From assembly GCA_040218735.1 (NCBI GenBank), contig JAVJQW010000062.1, positions 96,001-160,000 of the forward strand: a DNA stretch of 64,000 nt, read 5' to 3'. The stretch comes from Deltaproteobacteria bacterium (GTDB lineage Bacteria; Myxococcota; Kuafuiibacteriia; Kuafuiibacteriales; Kuafuiibacteriaceae). This document shows positions 9,290 to 19,790 of the stretch, in pieces. Every line of letters starts with the position of its first letter. Within the stretch, counting starts at the first letter, position 1. The notes under the pieces were generated by a model. It saw only the letters and a program-made list of their open reading frames with translations. It did not search any database and was not told where the DNA came from. Position numbers and translations under genes: made by a program.

Positions 9290-11218
9290 TCAGTCGCAGG
9301 CGATGATCTCGACGACCGGGTCGCGCGCGACGCCGGCCCAGCTCGCGCCGGACGCCGACGAGACGTTCACCACATCGTCGGTGCCGTTGTTCTGGTAGAT
9401 GAGCGCGTCCGAGTCGTCGCCGGTGAGCGCGGGGCACCCGGCGGCCGCGTACGCGGAGGCGACGCGGTCCGAGTCGACGAGCGCGCCGATGTCCGCGATC
9501 GGGATGTCGGCGGAGACGTTCCCGGCGTCGGGCTCGAGCACCGGGTTCGGCATCGACCACACCTGGGAGAACCACGTGACCGTGAGCGCCTGCATCGTCG
9601 TCGGATTCAGGAAGCCGAACTGAAGCCGGACGCTGTAACTCGCGGCGCGGTCGATCCGGATCGTGCCGTCGGCGTCGAGCCCGAGCGCAAACACCGAGAC
9701 CAGCACGGCGTTCGGATCCTCCATCGCCGCGACCGCGATCGCCTCGTCGAGCCGCTGGCGCATCGTCACCGCGTCGAACTCGCCGGTTCCTCCGACCGTG
9801 AAGATCCGCGCCGGCATCTCGTACGACCCCGACGTCCCGATGCAGCGGTAGTCCGCGTTCACCTTCAGGTCGTCGCCGCCGAACGGGACGGTGACGACGT
9901 CGGGCTGGAGCCGGTTGCCGACCGCGTCCTCGACGATCGCGACGAGCACGTACGTGTTGTCGGGCAACGTCGTGAGATCGACCGTGAAGGTCGCCGGGCT
10001 CGTGTTCGCGACGCCGAGCTCCGTCGCCCCGCCGTACGAGTACGTGCCCTGCGCGTTGCGCGGCATCGCGACCAACCGGATGGAGCCGATGCCCGCGGGC
10101 GCCGTCGCCTCCACCGTCACCTGCGAGACCGCGCTCGGGTTCGGGATCTCGGCGGGCTCGAACCGCGTGATCTGAGGGACGGCCAACGCGAGCGTGTAGC
10201 TCGCGGTCATCATCGTCGCGTTGAGCTCGGTGTCCTTCGCGGTCATCGCGACCGTGGTCGGCCCGGGCTCGAGCCCCTCGAGCGCCGCCGGGAGGTTGAG
10301 CGCTGTCGTCTCCCAGTGCCCGGGGCTCGTCTCCATCGCGTAGACCTGCGCGTCGCCGGAGGGCGTCGCGTCCTCGAGGATCACTTCGAACGACGTGACC
10401 CCCGACGCGTCGGCGATGTCCGCGCCGATCGTCGTGTGGCAGCCGACCATCGAGCCATCCGCCGGCGTGAGGTTCGTGATCTCGGGCCCGAGCTGATCGT
10501 CGATCGGGCACGTCGCGGGGTTGCAGTCGCTGTCGATCGTGTCCGTGCAGTCGTCCGTCGCGCCGGGGAAGATCGTCGCGTCGCGGTCGGCGCAGTCCAT
10601 GCCCGCTTGGCCGTACGGCAGGTCCGGTCGAGGGACGCCGTCCCCGTCGCAGTCTTCGTGGCTGCCGTCCGGCACGATCGTGAACGCGTCCGTCGACGCC
10701 GCGGGTGTGCAGTCGTCCCCGTCGATGACGCCGTCCCCGTCGGAGTCCGGGTTCGTCGGGTCGGCGGACCAGAGGATCTCGTCCAACATCCCGAGCCCGT
10801 CCTGGTCGAGATCACCACCGTCTTCGGGGCGGCCGATCGTGTCGAGCGGGCGAGAGAACACCGGCGACGCAGAGTTGCCGGCGCTCACCGTGAAGGCGTT
10901 CGACGTCCACCGCCCGAGGAACACGCGCTCGCCGCCCGCCGTCGGGACCCCGCGAAAGACGACCTCCAACGTGTACTCACCCGGTCCGGCGTCGACGAAC
11001 CCGGAGAACGTCACGCCGTCGTCGCCGCGCGAGAGCTCGACGCCCTCCCCCGGCGCACCACCGCGCGCCACGAGGTGCGCCGTCGCCGAGAGATCGCCGA
11101 CGGCCGTCAGCGCGCGGACCAGTCGTCCCGGAGCCGGCATCGTCGTCGTGCGCTCCTCGAACGGCGCGCACGTCACCAACGTGCACAACGCAATGGGGAG
11201 CGCACGTCGCACGCTCAT
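9290..11218 (-). CDS. Lipoprotein with Asp-rich Ca-binding (TSP3-like) and MopE-like Cys motifs plus Ig-like domains
   Basis: Start re-called at ATG 11218 (ATGA overlap with the upstream stop); LCTLVTC lipobox-like, DSDGDGVIDGDD, IFPGATDDCTDTIDSDC. Confidence 0.8.
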   Translation of the reverse strand: MSVRRALPIALCTLVTCAPFEERTTTMPAPGRLVRALTAVGDLSATAHLVARGGAPGEGVELSRGDDGVTFSGFVDAGPGEYTLEVVFRGVPTAGGERVFLGRWTSNAFTVSAGNSASPVFSRPLDTIGRPEDGGDLDQDGLGMLDEILWSADPTNPDSDGDGVIDGDDCTPAASTDAFTIVPDGSHEDCDGDGVPRPDLPYGQAGMDCADRDATIFPGATDDCTDTIDSDCNPATCPIDDQLGPEITNLTPADGSMVGCHTTIGADIADASGVTSFEVILEDATPSGDAQVYAMETSPGHWETTALNLPAALEGLEPGPTTVAMTAKDTELNATMMTASYTLALAVPQITRFEPAEIPNPSAVSQVTVEATAPAGIGSIRLVAMPRNAQGTYSYGGATELGVANTSPATFTVDLTTLPDNTYVLVAIVEDAVGNRLQPDVVTVPFGGDDLKVNADYRCIGTSGSYEMPARIFTVGGTGEFDAVTMRQRLDEAIAVAAMEDPNAVLVSVFALGLDADGTIRIDRAASYSVRLQFGFLNPTTMQALTVTWFSQVWSMPNPVLEPDAGNVSADIPIADIGALVDSDRVASAYAAAGCPALTGDDSDALIYQNNGTDDVVNVSSASGASWAGVARDPVVEIIACD

Positions 11219-12066
11219 CGACCTCCGGTGAAGGCGGCGTCGGCGTCGACCGCGACGTTCACGCCGGTCGCGCCGGGTGTGCCGCCGTCGTCGCGACCGA
11301 GCAGATAGGCGGTCCCCACCGCCGCGCCCGCGACGCCGACGGCGGTCGCCGTCCAGAACCACCACGTGGCGTAGAACGGGCTCGACGGCTTGTCCTGCAA
11401 GTCCACGGGGACCGCGGTGACCTTGTCGGTCTTCACGACGACCCACCGTTCGAACGGCAGATGATCCTCGGACGCCACGCGCACGCGACGTGCGCCGACC
11501 GGGATCTTCGACATCTGGCCCGCGGGGGCCGTGCCGCGGATCTCGTCGTCGACGAAGATGCGGCTGCCGTCCTCGGCGCCGGTCACCTCGAGGGAGCCGA
11601 ACAGCGGCGCCTTGGAGAACAGGCGGTCCACCAACGGATCGACGAGCTCCAGGAGCCCGATCGACTCCCCGCCCCAGCGGTCGCTGACGGTGCCGAGCGG
11701 GACGGCGCGCCGCGCATCGACGCTGTTGATCGAGAGCGCGAAGCCCTCTTCGATCTTCGCGACGCGCCCCTTCACGAGGACGTCCGCGCCGAGCATCCCG
11801 CCGATCTCCGCGAGGCAGGAGTCGTCGTCACAGCCGAGGAGCTGCTTTTCGGACTCCTTCTCCAGGAGCGCGCGGATGTCGTCCGGCGAGATGGTCGTGA
11901 CGCCGTCGCGTTTCGCGATGACCTCCGCGAGGCGCGCCGTCATCTGGCGGCCGATGACCGGATCGGCGCCGCCTTCGACGGTCACTTCCAGGATCGCGAT
12001 CTTCTGACCCGCGCTCACGGGCGCGGCGACGAACATGAAGGCGGCGGCGACGAAGAGAGTACGCAA
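11215..12066 (-). CDS. PEGA-domain exported protein with a CsgG/TolB-N-like domain
   Basis: Signal peptide; GCDDDSCLAEIGGMLGAD; GSRIFVDD...PVGARRVRV; FYATWWFW plus hydrophobic tail. Confidence 0.85.
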   Translation of the reverse strand: MRTLFVAAAFMFVAAPVSAGQKIAILEVTVEGGADPVIGRQMTARLAEVIAKRDGVTTISPDDIRALLEKESEKQLLGCDDDSCLAEIGGMLGADVLVKGRVAKIEEGFALSINSVDARRAVPLGTVSDRWGGESIGLLELVDPLVDRLFSKAPLFGSLEVTGAEDGSRIFVDDEIRGTAPAGQMSKIPVGARRVRVASEDHLPFERWVVVKTDKVTAVPVDLQDKPSSPFYATWWFWTATAVGVAGAAVGTAYLLGRDDGGTPGATGVNVAVDADAAFTGGR

Positions 12067-12095
12067 CGCCGCGTCAGGTTAACGCGATGTGTAGC

Positions 12096-13361
12096 CTACG
12101 GACAGGGCTCCTCCGGGTCGTACTCGAAGTGCGCGTGGATCTGATAGTAGCTGCAAGACTGCGCCCCCGCTTTGTTGCGGACGCGCACTTTGACCTGCCG
12201 CGAGTCGTCGCCGCCGCAGGTGCCGCCCCACTTCACCCCCATCACGTAGGAGTTTGCGCTCGGCACCCAGCGCGACGCGGTGCTGCAGATCAGGTTGTCC
12301 GGTCCGACCGCGGTGCAGTTGTCGGTGACCGCGACGCAGACCTCGTAGTCCTCTTCGTTCGCGGCGCCCGACAGCTCAAGCTGCACGACGAGCACGAAGG
12401 CACACTGGCTCGAGCCCGGGAAACACGCGCCGTGGCTCGTCTCCTCCGCGCGGAACCGGTACCAGTCCTCGTCGCCGATCGGATAGATCGTCGGGTACGT
12501 CTGCAGGTTCGCGGGGTCGGAGACGTTGAGCGAGATCCACCCGCCGCCGTCGACCGCGTTCGGCAGGGACGTCGCGCCACCGCAGGTGTTCGAGCCCTCG
12601 AAGGGGTCGTCGTCCCAGCCCACGCCGGTCGCGATGTTCCAGTCCGCGCGCCCGTCGCAGTCGTCGTCGATGCCGTTGCAGGTCTCGGCCACCGGATCGA
12701 TCGCGCCGTCGCAGACCAGGCTCCACTGCCCCTGGCCATCACACGTGAGCGTGCCGGAGCGGCAGGCGCCTTCGTCGATGCCGCAGGTCTGTGTGTCGTT
12801 CGGCGTGCACTGGCAGCCTTCGTCGATGTTGCCGTCGCAGTTGTCGTCGACACCGTTGGTGCAGATCTCCATCGGCTCGGGTCCGATCTCTCCGAAGCAC
12901 TCTTGGTTGAGCACGCCGTCGACACACTGCTGGATGCCGGCGCGGCAGGCGCCGACGTCGGTGCCGCAAGGTTGCGTCATGCCGTGGATGCACTCGCAGC
13001 CCTCGTCGATCTCGTCGTTGCAGTTGTCGTCGATGCCGTTGCAGACCTCTTCCTTCGGCGCGGCCGCGACGCACTCGCCCCACGCGCCGTTTTCGCAGGT
13101 CTGCAGCCCGCCGCCGCAGCCGAGGTCGCAGGCCTGGCGCAGGATGCCGCCGTCATCGCCCTCGTCGACGTCGCCGTCGCAGTCGTCGTCGATGTTGTTG
13201 CAGAGCTCGAGGCCCATGGTGGCCTCGTTCGTCTGGCAGCCCGGCGGCGGGGGCGGCGGGATGAACGTGCTGTCGTCGTCGTCGACCGCCGGATTACAGG
13301 CCGCGGCGAAGAGGATGCCGCAGACCCAGAGCGCTGAACCAAGTAGGGCTTGTCGCGACAT
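12096..13361 (-). CDS. Cys-rich lipoprotein with repeated ExCNGxDD(N/D)CDG metal-binding (MopE-like) motifs
   Basis: Start re-called at ATG 13361 (FAAAC lipobox); four E-x-C-x-G/N-x-D-D-x-C repeats. Confidence 0.85.
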   Translation of the reverse strand: MSRQALLGSALWVCGILFAAACNPAVDDDDSTFIPPPPPPGCQTNEATMGLELCNNIDDDCDGDVDEGDDGGILRQACDLGCGGGLQTCENGAWGECVAAAPKEEVCNGIDDNCNDEIDEGCECIHGMTQPCGTDVGACRAGIQQCVDGVLNQECFGEIGPEPMEICTNGVDDNCDGNIDEGCQCTPNDTQTCGIDEGACRSGTLTCDGQGQWSLVCDGAIDPVAETCNGIDDDCDGRADWNIATGVGWDDDPFEGSNTCGGATSLPNAVDGGGWISLNVSDPANLQTYPTIYPIGDEDWYRFRAEETSHGACFPGSSQCAFVLVVQLELSGAANEEDYEVCVAVTDNCTAVGPDNLICSTASRWVPSANSYVMGVKWGGTCGGDDSRQVKVRVRNKAGAQSCSYYQIHAHFEYDPEEPCP

Positions 13362-13499
13362 GCACCTACACTGAACGTCCGGGCGCGGCCGGTTCATCGG
13401 ACGAACGCCCGAGAGGGCATCGGCGTAGCCCGCATCCCTCGACCGACGGTCGGATCCGACCTCCACCCGACCGTCCGGTCCAGGACGTAGGATTTCTTC

Positions 13500-16400
13500 G
13501 TGGTGGTGCAGCGCGGCCCCTCCGAGCGTCCCTCGTCGTTCGTCTCGGCGCGGTTCTCCCTTGAGCGACGCCTCGGCGCGGGCTCCGTCGGGGTCGTCTA
13601 TCTCGCCTACGATCACGTGCGAAAGGGCTCTGTCGCGCTCAAGACGCTCCGAACGATCGCGCCGCTGCCGCTGTTTCGGTTCAAACAAGAGTTCCGCGCG
13701 CTCACCGACGTCGTTCATCCCAACCTCGTCCAACTCTACGAGCTCATCTGCGAAGACGGTCACTGGTTCTTCACGATGGAGGCCATCCGTGGCGTCGACT
13801 TCGTCACCTACTGTCAGCATAACCCAGACCGGACGCGCGACGCCGTCGTGCAGCTCGTCCGCGGCGTGGCCGCGCTCCACGACGCAGGACGCCTGCACCG
13901 CGACATCAAGCCAAGCAACATCATCGTGACGCCGTCCGGGCGGGTCGTCGTGCTCGACTTCGGCCTCGTCACCGACGTCGACGGCTTCGAGCTCGGCGGC
14001 CGCCAGCGGGTGTGCGGCAGCGCGGGCTACATGTCGCCCGAACAATCGAGCGCGGGACCGCTGACCTTCGCGAGTGATCTGTACGCGGTCGGGTCGGTGC
14101 TGTTCGAAGCCCTCACCGGCCGCCTCCCCTTCGAAGGCACCGTCGAGGACGTCATGGCGATGAAGCGGCGACGCGACGGCCCCTCGCCGAGCGAATTCGT
14201 CACGGATGTCGACCCCACCCTGGATCGCCTCGCCGCCGATCTACTCAAACGAACGCCGGAGGATCGCCCCGGCGAGACCAGCGTCCTGCACCGGCTCGCC
14301 GCGGAGACGATCGACGGCGCGCGACCCGAGCGCGGACGCACCGCCCCGCCGAGCGCGCCGATCCTCGCCGCACGGGAACCGACCTTCGTGGGCCGCGACG
14401 CGCCGCTCGCCCAGCTCCGCGACGCGTTCGATCGTTCGAGCGCGGGGCCCCAGGTCGTCGTCGTTCGCGGCGAATCCGGCGTCGGCAAGAGCGCGCTCGT
14501 CACGCAGTTCCTCGGCCAGCTCGACGCCACCGTGCTCGCGGGCCGGTGTTACGAGCGCGAGTCCGTCCCCTTCAAGGCGATCGACCCCCTCGTCGACGCG
14601 CTGTGCCACCAGCTGATCCTCGCGGGCGCCGTCGATCCCCAAGCGCTCTGCCCCGAGACCGCGGCGCTCGTCGAGGTGTTCCCGGTGCTGAGGCGGTCCC
14701 CGGTGATCGACCGCTGGGTCGACGCCCACGCGAGCCCTGAAGATCCGCGCCAGCTCCGCCTCGACGCGTTCGTCGCGCTCCGCGCGCTGCTCGGCGCGAT
14801 CGCTCGCCCGCGACGCCTCGTGCTCTACGTCGAAGACGCCCACTGGGCCGACGCCGACAGCGCCGCCGCGCTCGCCGCGATCCTCCGCGGTGTCGACGCG
14901 CCCCCGCTCCTGCTCGTGGTGTGCGGCCGCGACGACGAACGGATCGACGGCCTCGTCACCCGCCTCGCCCGCAGCGCCCAGACCATCCGGCTCGACCGCC
15001 TCGAGCCGCACCACGCCGAGGCCCTCGCCCACGCGATGCTCGTCGACGCCGACGTCGCGCCCGACGCCGCACGGTCCCGCGCGGCCGCGATCGCGAGGGA
15101 GGCCGGCGGTCACCCCTTGCTCGTCGAAGAGCTCACGCGTCACGCCATCGAGGAGGCACTCGTCGACGGCGCGGATCTCGCGCTCGAAGCCGTCCTCGCG
15201 CGACGCATCCACCGCCTCGAAGCCGAGGACCGCCGAATCCTGGAGGTCGTCGCGGTGGCCGGGCAGCCGCTCGAACGTGTGATCGCGCTGCGCGCCGCCG
15301 ACGTCGCCAAGTCCGAACGCCACCGCGTCCCCCGCCTGTTCAACGCGCGGCTCCTCGAACGCGCCGGCACGACGGTCGAGTGTGTTCGCACCGCGCACGA
15401 CCGCATCCGTGAGCACGTCGTCCGGCACCTCACGCCGGAGCGACGCCGGTCGATCCACCGTAGACTCGCCGCGGAGCTCGGTCGGATCGACGCCGCCCCG
15501 GAGACGATCGCGGCGCACCACGTCGAGGCCGGTCGCCCCGACCTCGCGGTGGAGCTGTTCGTGCTCGCGGGGCGCAGCGCGTTCGCCGCGTACGCGTTCG
15601 ACCACGCCGCGCAGCTCTTCGCGCGCGCGTTGACGATAACGCCGGACGACGGCGCGCTGCTTCGGCGACGCGCGGACGCGCTGGCGAACGCCGGCCGGGG
15701 CGCGGAGGCGGGCCGCACCTACCTCGCGGCGGCCGAGCGGCTGGGCCCTCGCGACGCCCTCACGTGTCGGCGCTGCGCCGCCGAGCAGCTCCTGCGGTCC
15801 GGTCACGTCGACGAAGGCATCGCGCTGCTCGAGACGGGACTGCGCACCATCGACGCCCCGGTTCCGCAGCGCGATACGAGCGCGGTGTTGTCGCTGGTCC
15901 GGCGCCGCGCCCGTCTGCTCCTACGCGGGACCCACTTCGTGGAGCGCGGGGTGCGCGACGTCGAGAAGGACACGCGGCTCGCGATCGACATGCTGTGGGC
16001 CGGCGCGCTCGGCCTCGCGCTGGTCGACGTGGTGCGCGCCTACGACTACTCCACCGCGCACCTGCTCGCGGCGCTGGACGCGGGGGAGCCGTACCGCGTC
16101 GCGCGCGCGCTCGCCGGCGAAGCGCTCAACTCGGCCGCGGGTGGCTCGGCGACGCGTCGGCGAACGCGGCGTCTGCTGCGCGACGCGGATCGGCTCGCCG
16201 AGCGCATCGACCACCCGCACGCGAAGGGCCTCGTGCTGTTGGCGAGCGGGATGTCGCAGAGCCTCGTCGGGCACTGGCGCGCGTCGCTCGATCCCTACGC
16301 GCGGGCGATCGCGATGTTCGAGCGACGCTGCTCGGGTGTCGCGTGGGAGCGCGACACCGTCGAGCACATGCGGCTGTGGGCGTACGCGTATCTCGGGGAC

Positions 16401-17099
16401 CTCGACGCGATGCGCGAGCGCATCCCGAAGCTCGTGCACGACGCCAAGGAGCGCGGCGACCGCTACGCCGTGTCGCTGTTCACGGGCGGCCTCGCCAACC
16501 TCGTCTTCCTCGCGGACGACGATCCCGACGGAGCGCGGCGCGGCGTCGTCGAAGGGATGCGCCCGTGGTCGACGCACGGCTTCCACCTGCAGCACTACAA
16601 CCAGCTGTTGGCGGCGGCGCACGTCGACCTCTACGAGGGCCGCGCGCTCCGGGCGCACCACAACGTCAGCGAGACGTGGCCGCATCTGATGCGCTCGCAC
16701 CTGTTGTCGGTCGAGCAGATCCGCGTCGAAGCGTGGCACCTCCGTGGCCGGGTCGCGCTCGCCGCCGCGAAGGAAGCGACGGACCCGACGCCCTACCTCG
16801 CCATCGCGACCAAGGCGGTGCGGCGGCTCGAAAAGGAGCGCGTCGCGTGGAGCCGCCCGCTCGCGCGGTTGATCGAGGCCGGGCTCGCCGAGCAGCGCGG
16901 CGCGCTCGACGCGGCCTACACCGCCTACGCCGACGCGATCTGCCGACTCGACGATCAGGACATGGCCTTGCTGGCAAACGCGGCGCGGCGCCGGTTGGGG
17001 ACCTGCGTCGGCGACGGACACACCCGCGACGCGGATGCATGGTTTTCGGCGGCGAGGGTGCGCAAACCTGCGGCGTTTGCGGGCATCTTCGTCCCGTGA
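13500..17099 (+). CDS. Ser/Thr protein kinase fused to an AAA_16/STAND-type ATPase and helical repeats
   Basis: GAGSVG, VALK, HRDIKPSN, DFG, YMSPEQ; FVGR, GESGVGKS, VEDAHWAD. Confidence 0.93.
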   Translation: MVVQRGPSERPSSFVSARFSLERRLGAGSVGVVYLAYDHVRKGSVALKTLRTIAPLPLFRFKQEFRALTDVVHPNLVQLYELICEDGHWFFTMEAIRGVDFVTYCQHNPDRTRDAVVQLVRGVAALHDAGRLHRDIKPSNIIVTPSGRVVVLDFGLVTDVDGFELGGRQRVCGSAGYMSPEQSSAGPLTFASDLYAVGSVLFEALTGRLPFEGTVEDVMAMKRRRDGPSPSEFVTDVDPTLDRLAADLLKRTPEDRPGETSVLHRLAAETIDGARPERGRTAPPSAPILAAREPTFVGRDAPLAQLRDAFDRSSAGPQVVVVRGESGVGKSALVTQFLGQLDATVLAGRCYERESVPFKAIDPLVDALCHQLILAGAVDPQALCPETAALVEVFPVLRRSPVIDRWVDAHASPEDPRQLRLDAFVALRALLGAIARPRRLVLYVEDAHWADADSAAALAAILRGVDAPPLLLVVCGRDDERIDGLVTRLARSAQTIRLDRLEPHHAEALAHAMLVDADVAPDAARSRAAAIAREAGGHPLLVEELTRHAIEEALVDGADLALEAVLARRIHRLEAEDRRILEVVAVAGQPLERVIALRAADVAKSERHRVPRLFNARLLERAGTTVECVRTAHDRIREHVVRHLTPERRRSIHRRLAAELGRIDAAPETIAAHHVEAGRPDLAVELFVLAGRSAFAAYAFDHAAQLFARALTITPDDGALLRRRADALANAGRGAEAGRTYLAAAERLGPRDALTCRRCAAEQLLRSGHVDEGIALLETGLRTIDAPVPQRDTSAVLSLVRRRARLLLRGTHFVERGVRDVEKDTRLAIDMLWAGALGLALVDVVRAYDYSTAHLLAALDAGEPYRVARALAGEALNSAAGGSATRRRTRRLLRDADRLAERIDHPHAKGLVLLASGMSQSLVGHWRASLDPYARAIAMFERRCSGVAWERDTVEHMRLWAYAYLGDLDAMRERIPKLVHDAKERGDRYAVSLFTGGLANLVFLADDDPDGARRGVVEGMRPWSTHGFHLQHYNQLLAAAHVDLYEGRALRAHHNVSETWPHLMRSHLLSVEQIRVEAWHLRGRVALAAAKEATDPTPYLAIATKAVRRLEKERVAWSRPLARLIEAGLAEQRGALDAAYTAYADAICRLDDQDMALLANAARRRLGTCVGDGHTRDADAWFSAARVRKPAAFAGIFVP

Positions 17100-17134
17100 C
17101 GTGACCCCCGGCGAGGGCCTACGATTCAGGGGGC

Positions 17135-18088
17135 GTGGAGGCGACGAAGCGAGATCCGGCGTTCGGGCCGTACCTCCTCGAGCGGCGCATCGCCACCCGT
17201 CGACGCATCGAGCTGTACCGCGCGACCGCGATCGGCACCGACGGCCGCCCGAAGCCGGTGGCGCTGAGACGCACGGGGTCCCTCGACGACGGCGTCCACG
17301 ACCGCTTCCTCGCGGGCGCGATGAACTACGCCGTGGTGCACCACAGCTCGATCGCCGAAGTCGTGGACCTCGGGACGATCGACGGGCGCAGCTACATCGT
17401 CACGGACTTCGTCGATGGGCGTGACCTCCTCAAGGTGCTCGCGCGCTGCGCGCAGGTGCGGCTCGGCTTCCCGACGGACGTGGCGCTGCACGTGTTGGAT
17501 CGTGTCCTCGCCGCGCTGCAGGCCGCGCACGACACCAAGGACCGCGAGGGGCGCTCCGTTCCGATAGTGCACGGCGACCTGTGCCACTCGAACGTGCTGC
17601 TCACGGACGAGGGGGACGTCGCGGTGACGGACTTCTCGATGGGCATCGCGAGCACGCGACGCCGCACGACGTCGGGGCTCCATCAGGGCGCCAAGAACCG
17701 GTTCACCTGCTACGCGAGCCCGGAGCAGCTGCGCGGCGAGACCGCAACGGAGCGGTCCGACGTTTTCATGGCCGGCATCCTCCTGTACGAGCTGGTGACC
17801 GGTCGGGTGCTGTTCAAGGGGCGTGACGACGAGGACCTCGTCGAGCTGATCGCGAGCGAGCGCTTCGAGGTGCCGCTAGAACGGCACCGGGCGGATCTGC
17901 ACCCTCGCCTCGCGCGGATCGTGCACACGGCGCTGGCGGCGGATCCCGCGCATCGCTTCGCGTCGGCGCGCGCGTTCTCGGAGGCGATCGCGGGGCTACT
18001 GGACAGCGTGCAGGCGAGCGTGGATCGGCGGTTCCTCGCGCAGCTGATGCGGCGCCTGTTCGACGCCGGCGCCGCGGCGTCGGCGTAG
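17135..18088 (+). CDS. Ser/Thr kinase-like protein, probable pseudokinase
   Basis: Gly loop replaced (IATRRRIE), VALRR, HGDLCHSN, DFS, YASPEQ. Confidence 0.85.
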   Translation: MEATKRDPAFGPYLLERRIATRRRIELYRATAIGTDGRPKPVALRRTGSLDDGVHDRFLAGAMNYAVVHHSSIAEVVDLGTIDGRSYIVTDFVDGRDLLKVLARCAQVRLGFPTDVALHVLDRVLAALQAAHDTKDREGRSVPIVHGDLCHSNVLLTDEGDVAVTDFSMGIASTRRRTTSGLHQGAKNRFTCYASPEQLRGETATERSDVFMAGILLYELVTGRVLFKGRDDEDLVELIASERFEVPLERHRADLHPRLARIVHTALAADPAHRFASARAFSEAIAGLLDSVQASVDRRFLAQLMRRLFDAGAAASA

Positions 18089-18092
18089 CGCG

Positions 18093-19790
18093 CTACAAGA
18101 CCAACGCGAGCGTCACGGCCGCCAACAGGATCGTCCCGCCCAGCAGCATCAGCACCATCGGGTTGGGGCCGGTGCGGACGCGGTGGAGCGCCGAGACGAC
18201 CTCCTCCACCGGGTCGGGCGGAACCGTCTCCTCTTCGGCCGGCGCAGCGACCGCGAAGTTCGGCTCGACGTCGAAGACCACCGGCGTCGGATCGTTGGCC
18301 TCCGGGACCGACGGCGGGCGACGCGACGGGAGCGGCGGCGGCAGGTCGTCGCGCCTCGACGGGAGCGGCGGCGGCTCCGCCGCGTAGCCCTCCATCGGCT
18401 CCAGCGGATCCACCGTGATCAGATCCGGGTCGATGTCCTCGCGGATGATCATCGCCGAGAGGGTGTCCTCGGGGACGACCGACAGCGGGATGTCGTCCAC
18501 CGTGTCGCCCGGGAACAGGTCCTCGACGCACATGCGCATCGAGCGCTCCGGCGTCGCGCGCTCCATCGGCTTGGAGATGTGCTCGCCCGTGAGCCCGAAC
18601 GCCACCGACGAGCCCTCGTACAGGCCGTGGCGATCCATGAACCTCGACACCAGCGAAGGCATCGCGTGCCGGCCGCTGTCGTGCAGCCACGTGTTCAGCG
18701 CCGTGGCCATCGCCTGCGCGTCCGCGAACCGGTGCGCCGGATCCGCGTTCGTCGCGCGCGCGACGATCTTCTGCAGCCCGACCGGCACGTCCTCCTCGCC
18801 GAGGGTGTGCAGCGGGATCCCGGACTCGATCGTTTGAATGTAAACGCTGTCGGGCCTGCGCCCCTCGAACGCGTCGTGGCCGACCAGCAGCTCGTACAGC
18901 AGTCGTCCGATCGCGTAGACGTCCGACGCGCGCGTCCACCCCTGTTGCTGCAGCGACTCCGGCGCGAGGTACGCCGTGGCGCGCTGGGCCATCTCCATGA
19001 CCGCGTTCATGTCGTCGGCGCGGGACAGCTGCAGCGCAAACGTCGCGAGCTTCACCTGCCCCGTCCTCGAAATCAGCACGTTCGCCGGACACAGCTCGCC
19101 GACGACGACCCGAAGCGAACGCCCGTGTTCGTCGGACAGCTCGTGCGCGTGGTGCAGGCCGCGCAGCACCTCCGCGACGATCCACGCCACGACCTCGAAC
19201 GGCAGCGCTTCCTTGCGCTCCCGCATCTCGGACGTGACGCGCGCGAGGTTGGTGCCCTCGAGGTGCTCGAACGCGACGTACGCGCCCAGCTGATCCTCCC
19301 CGGCGTGTTCGACGCTCACGAGGTTCGGGTGGTGGAACGCGGCGCCGATGCGCGCTTGCGCCAGCGTCCGCGCGCGGCGCGCGGTGTAGTCGAAGTCGTT
19401 CTTCAGGAGCCGCAGCAAGAAGGCGCGGCGCGGGACACCGAACGCCATGGGTTTTTCGCCGATGTACAGGCGCCCGCTCGACGTCGTGCCGAGCGCGTTG
19501 ATCAGCTCGAAACCGCCCGGGCGATCCGGCCCCACCTCGACGCGGCTCTTCCGGTTGATCACCGCGGACAGCGCGGCCTCGCCGACCATCGCGGTGTCGT
19601 CCTCGTCGTCACCGTCGAGCGCGAAGTCCTGCTCCGTGACCGACAACGGTACCGACGAGATCACGGAGAAGCGCGGGGGCGCCTGCGTGTTCACGAGGGT
19701 CGCCACCTCCTCCGAGGGATCCGTGCTGAGGAGGCCTGATTCGATCCTGGGCCGGTTATCCAGGGCGGGCGCTCGACTGTCCTGTCGCAT
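18093..19790 (-). CDS. Membrane-anchored Ser/Thr pseudokinase
   Basis: HHPNLV, VVGELCPANVLI (catalytic Asp replaced by Glu), ATFAL for DFG, YLAPE; C-terminal TM; start uncertain. Confidence 0.85.
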   Translation of the reverse strand: MRQDSRAPALDNRPRIESGLLSTDPSEEVATLVNTQAPPRFSVISSVPLSVTEQDFALDGDDEDDTAMVGEAALSAVINRKSRVEVGPDRPGGFELINALGTTSSGRLYIGEKPMAFGVPRRAFLLRLLKNDFDYTARRARTLAQARIGAAFHHPNLVSVEHAGEDQLGAYVAFEHLEGTNLARVTSEMRERKEALPFEVVAWIVAEVLRGLHHAHELSDEHGRSLRVVVGELCPANVLISRTGQVKLATFALQLSRADDMNAVMEMAQRATAYLAPESLQQQGWTRASDVYAIGRLLYELLVGHDAFEGRRPDSVYIQTIESGIPLHTLGEEDVPVGLQKIVARATNADPAHRFADAQAMATALNTWLHDSGRHAMPSLVSRFMDRHGLYEGSSVAFGLTGEHISKPMERATPERSMRMCVEDLFPGDTVDDIPLSVVPEDTLSAMIIREDIDPDLITVDPLEPMEGYAAEPPPLPSRRDDLPPPLPSRRPPSVPEANDPTPVVFDVEPNFAVAAPAEEETVPPDPVEEVVSALHRVRTGPNPMVLMLLGGTILLAAVTLALVL

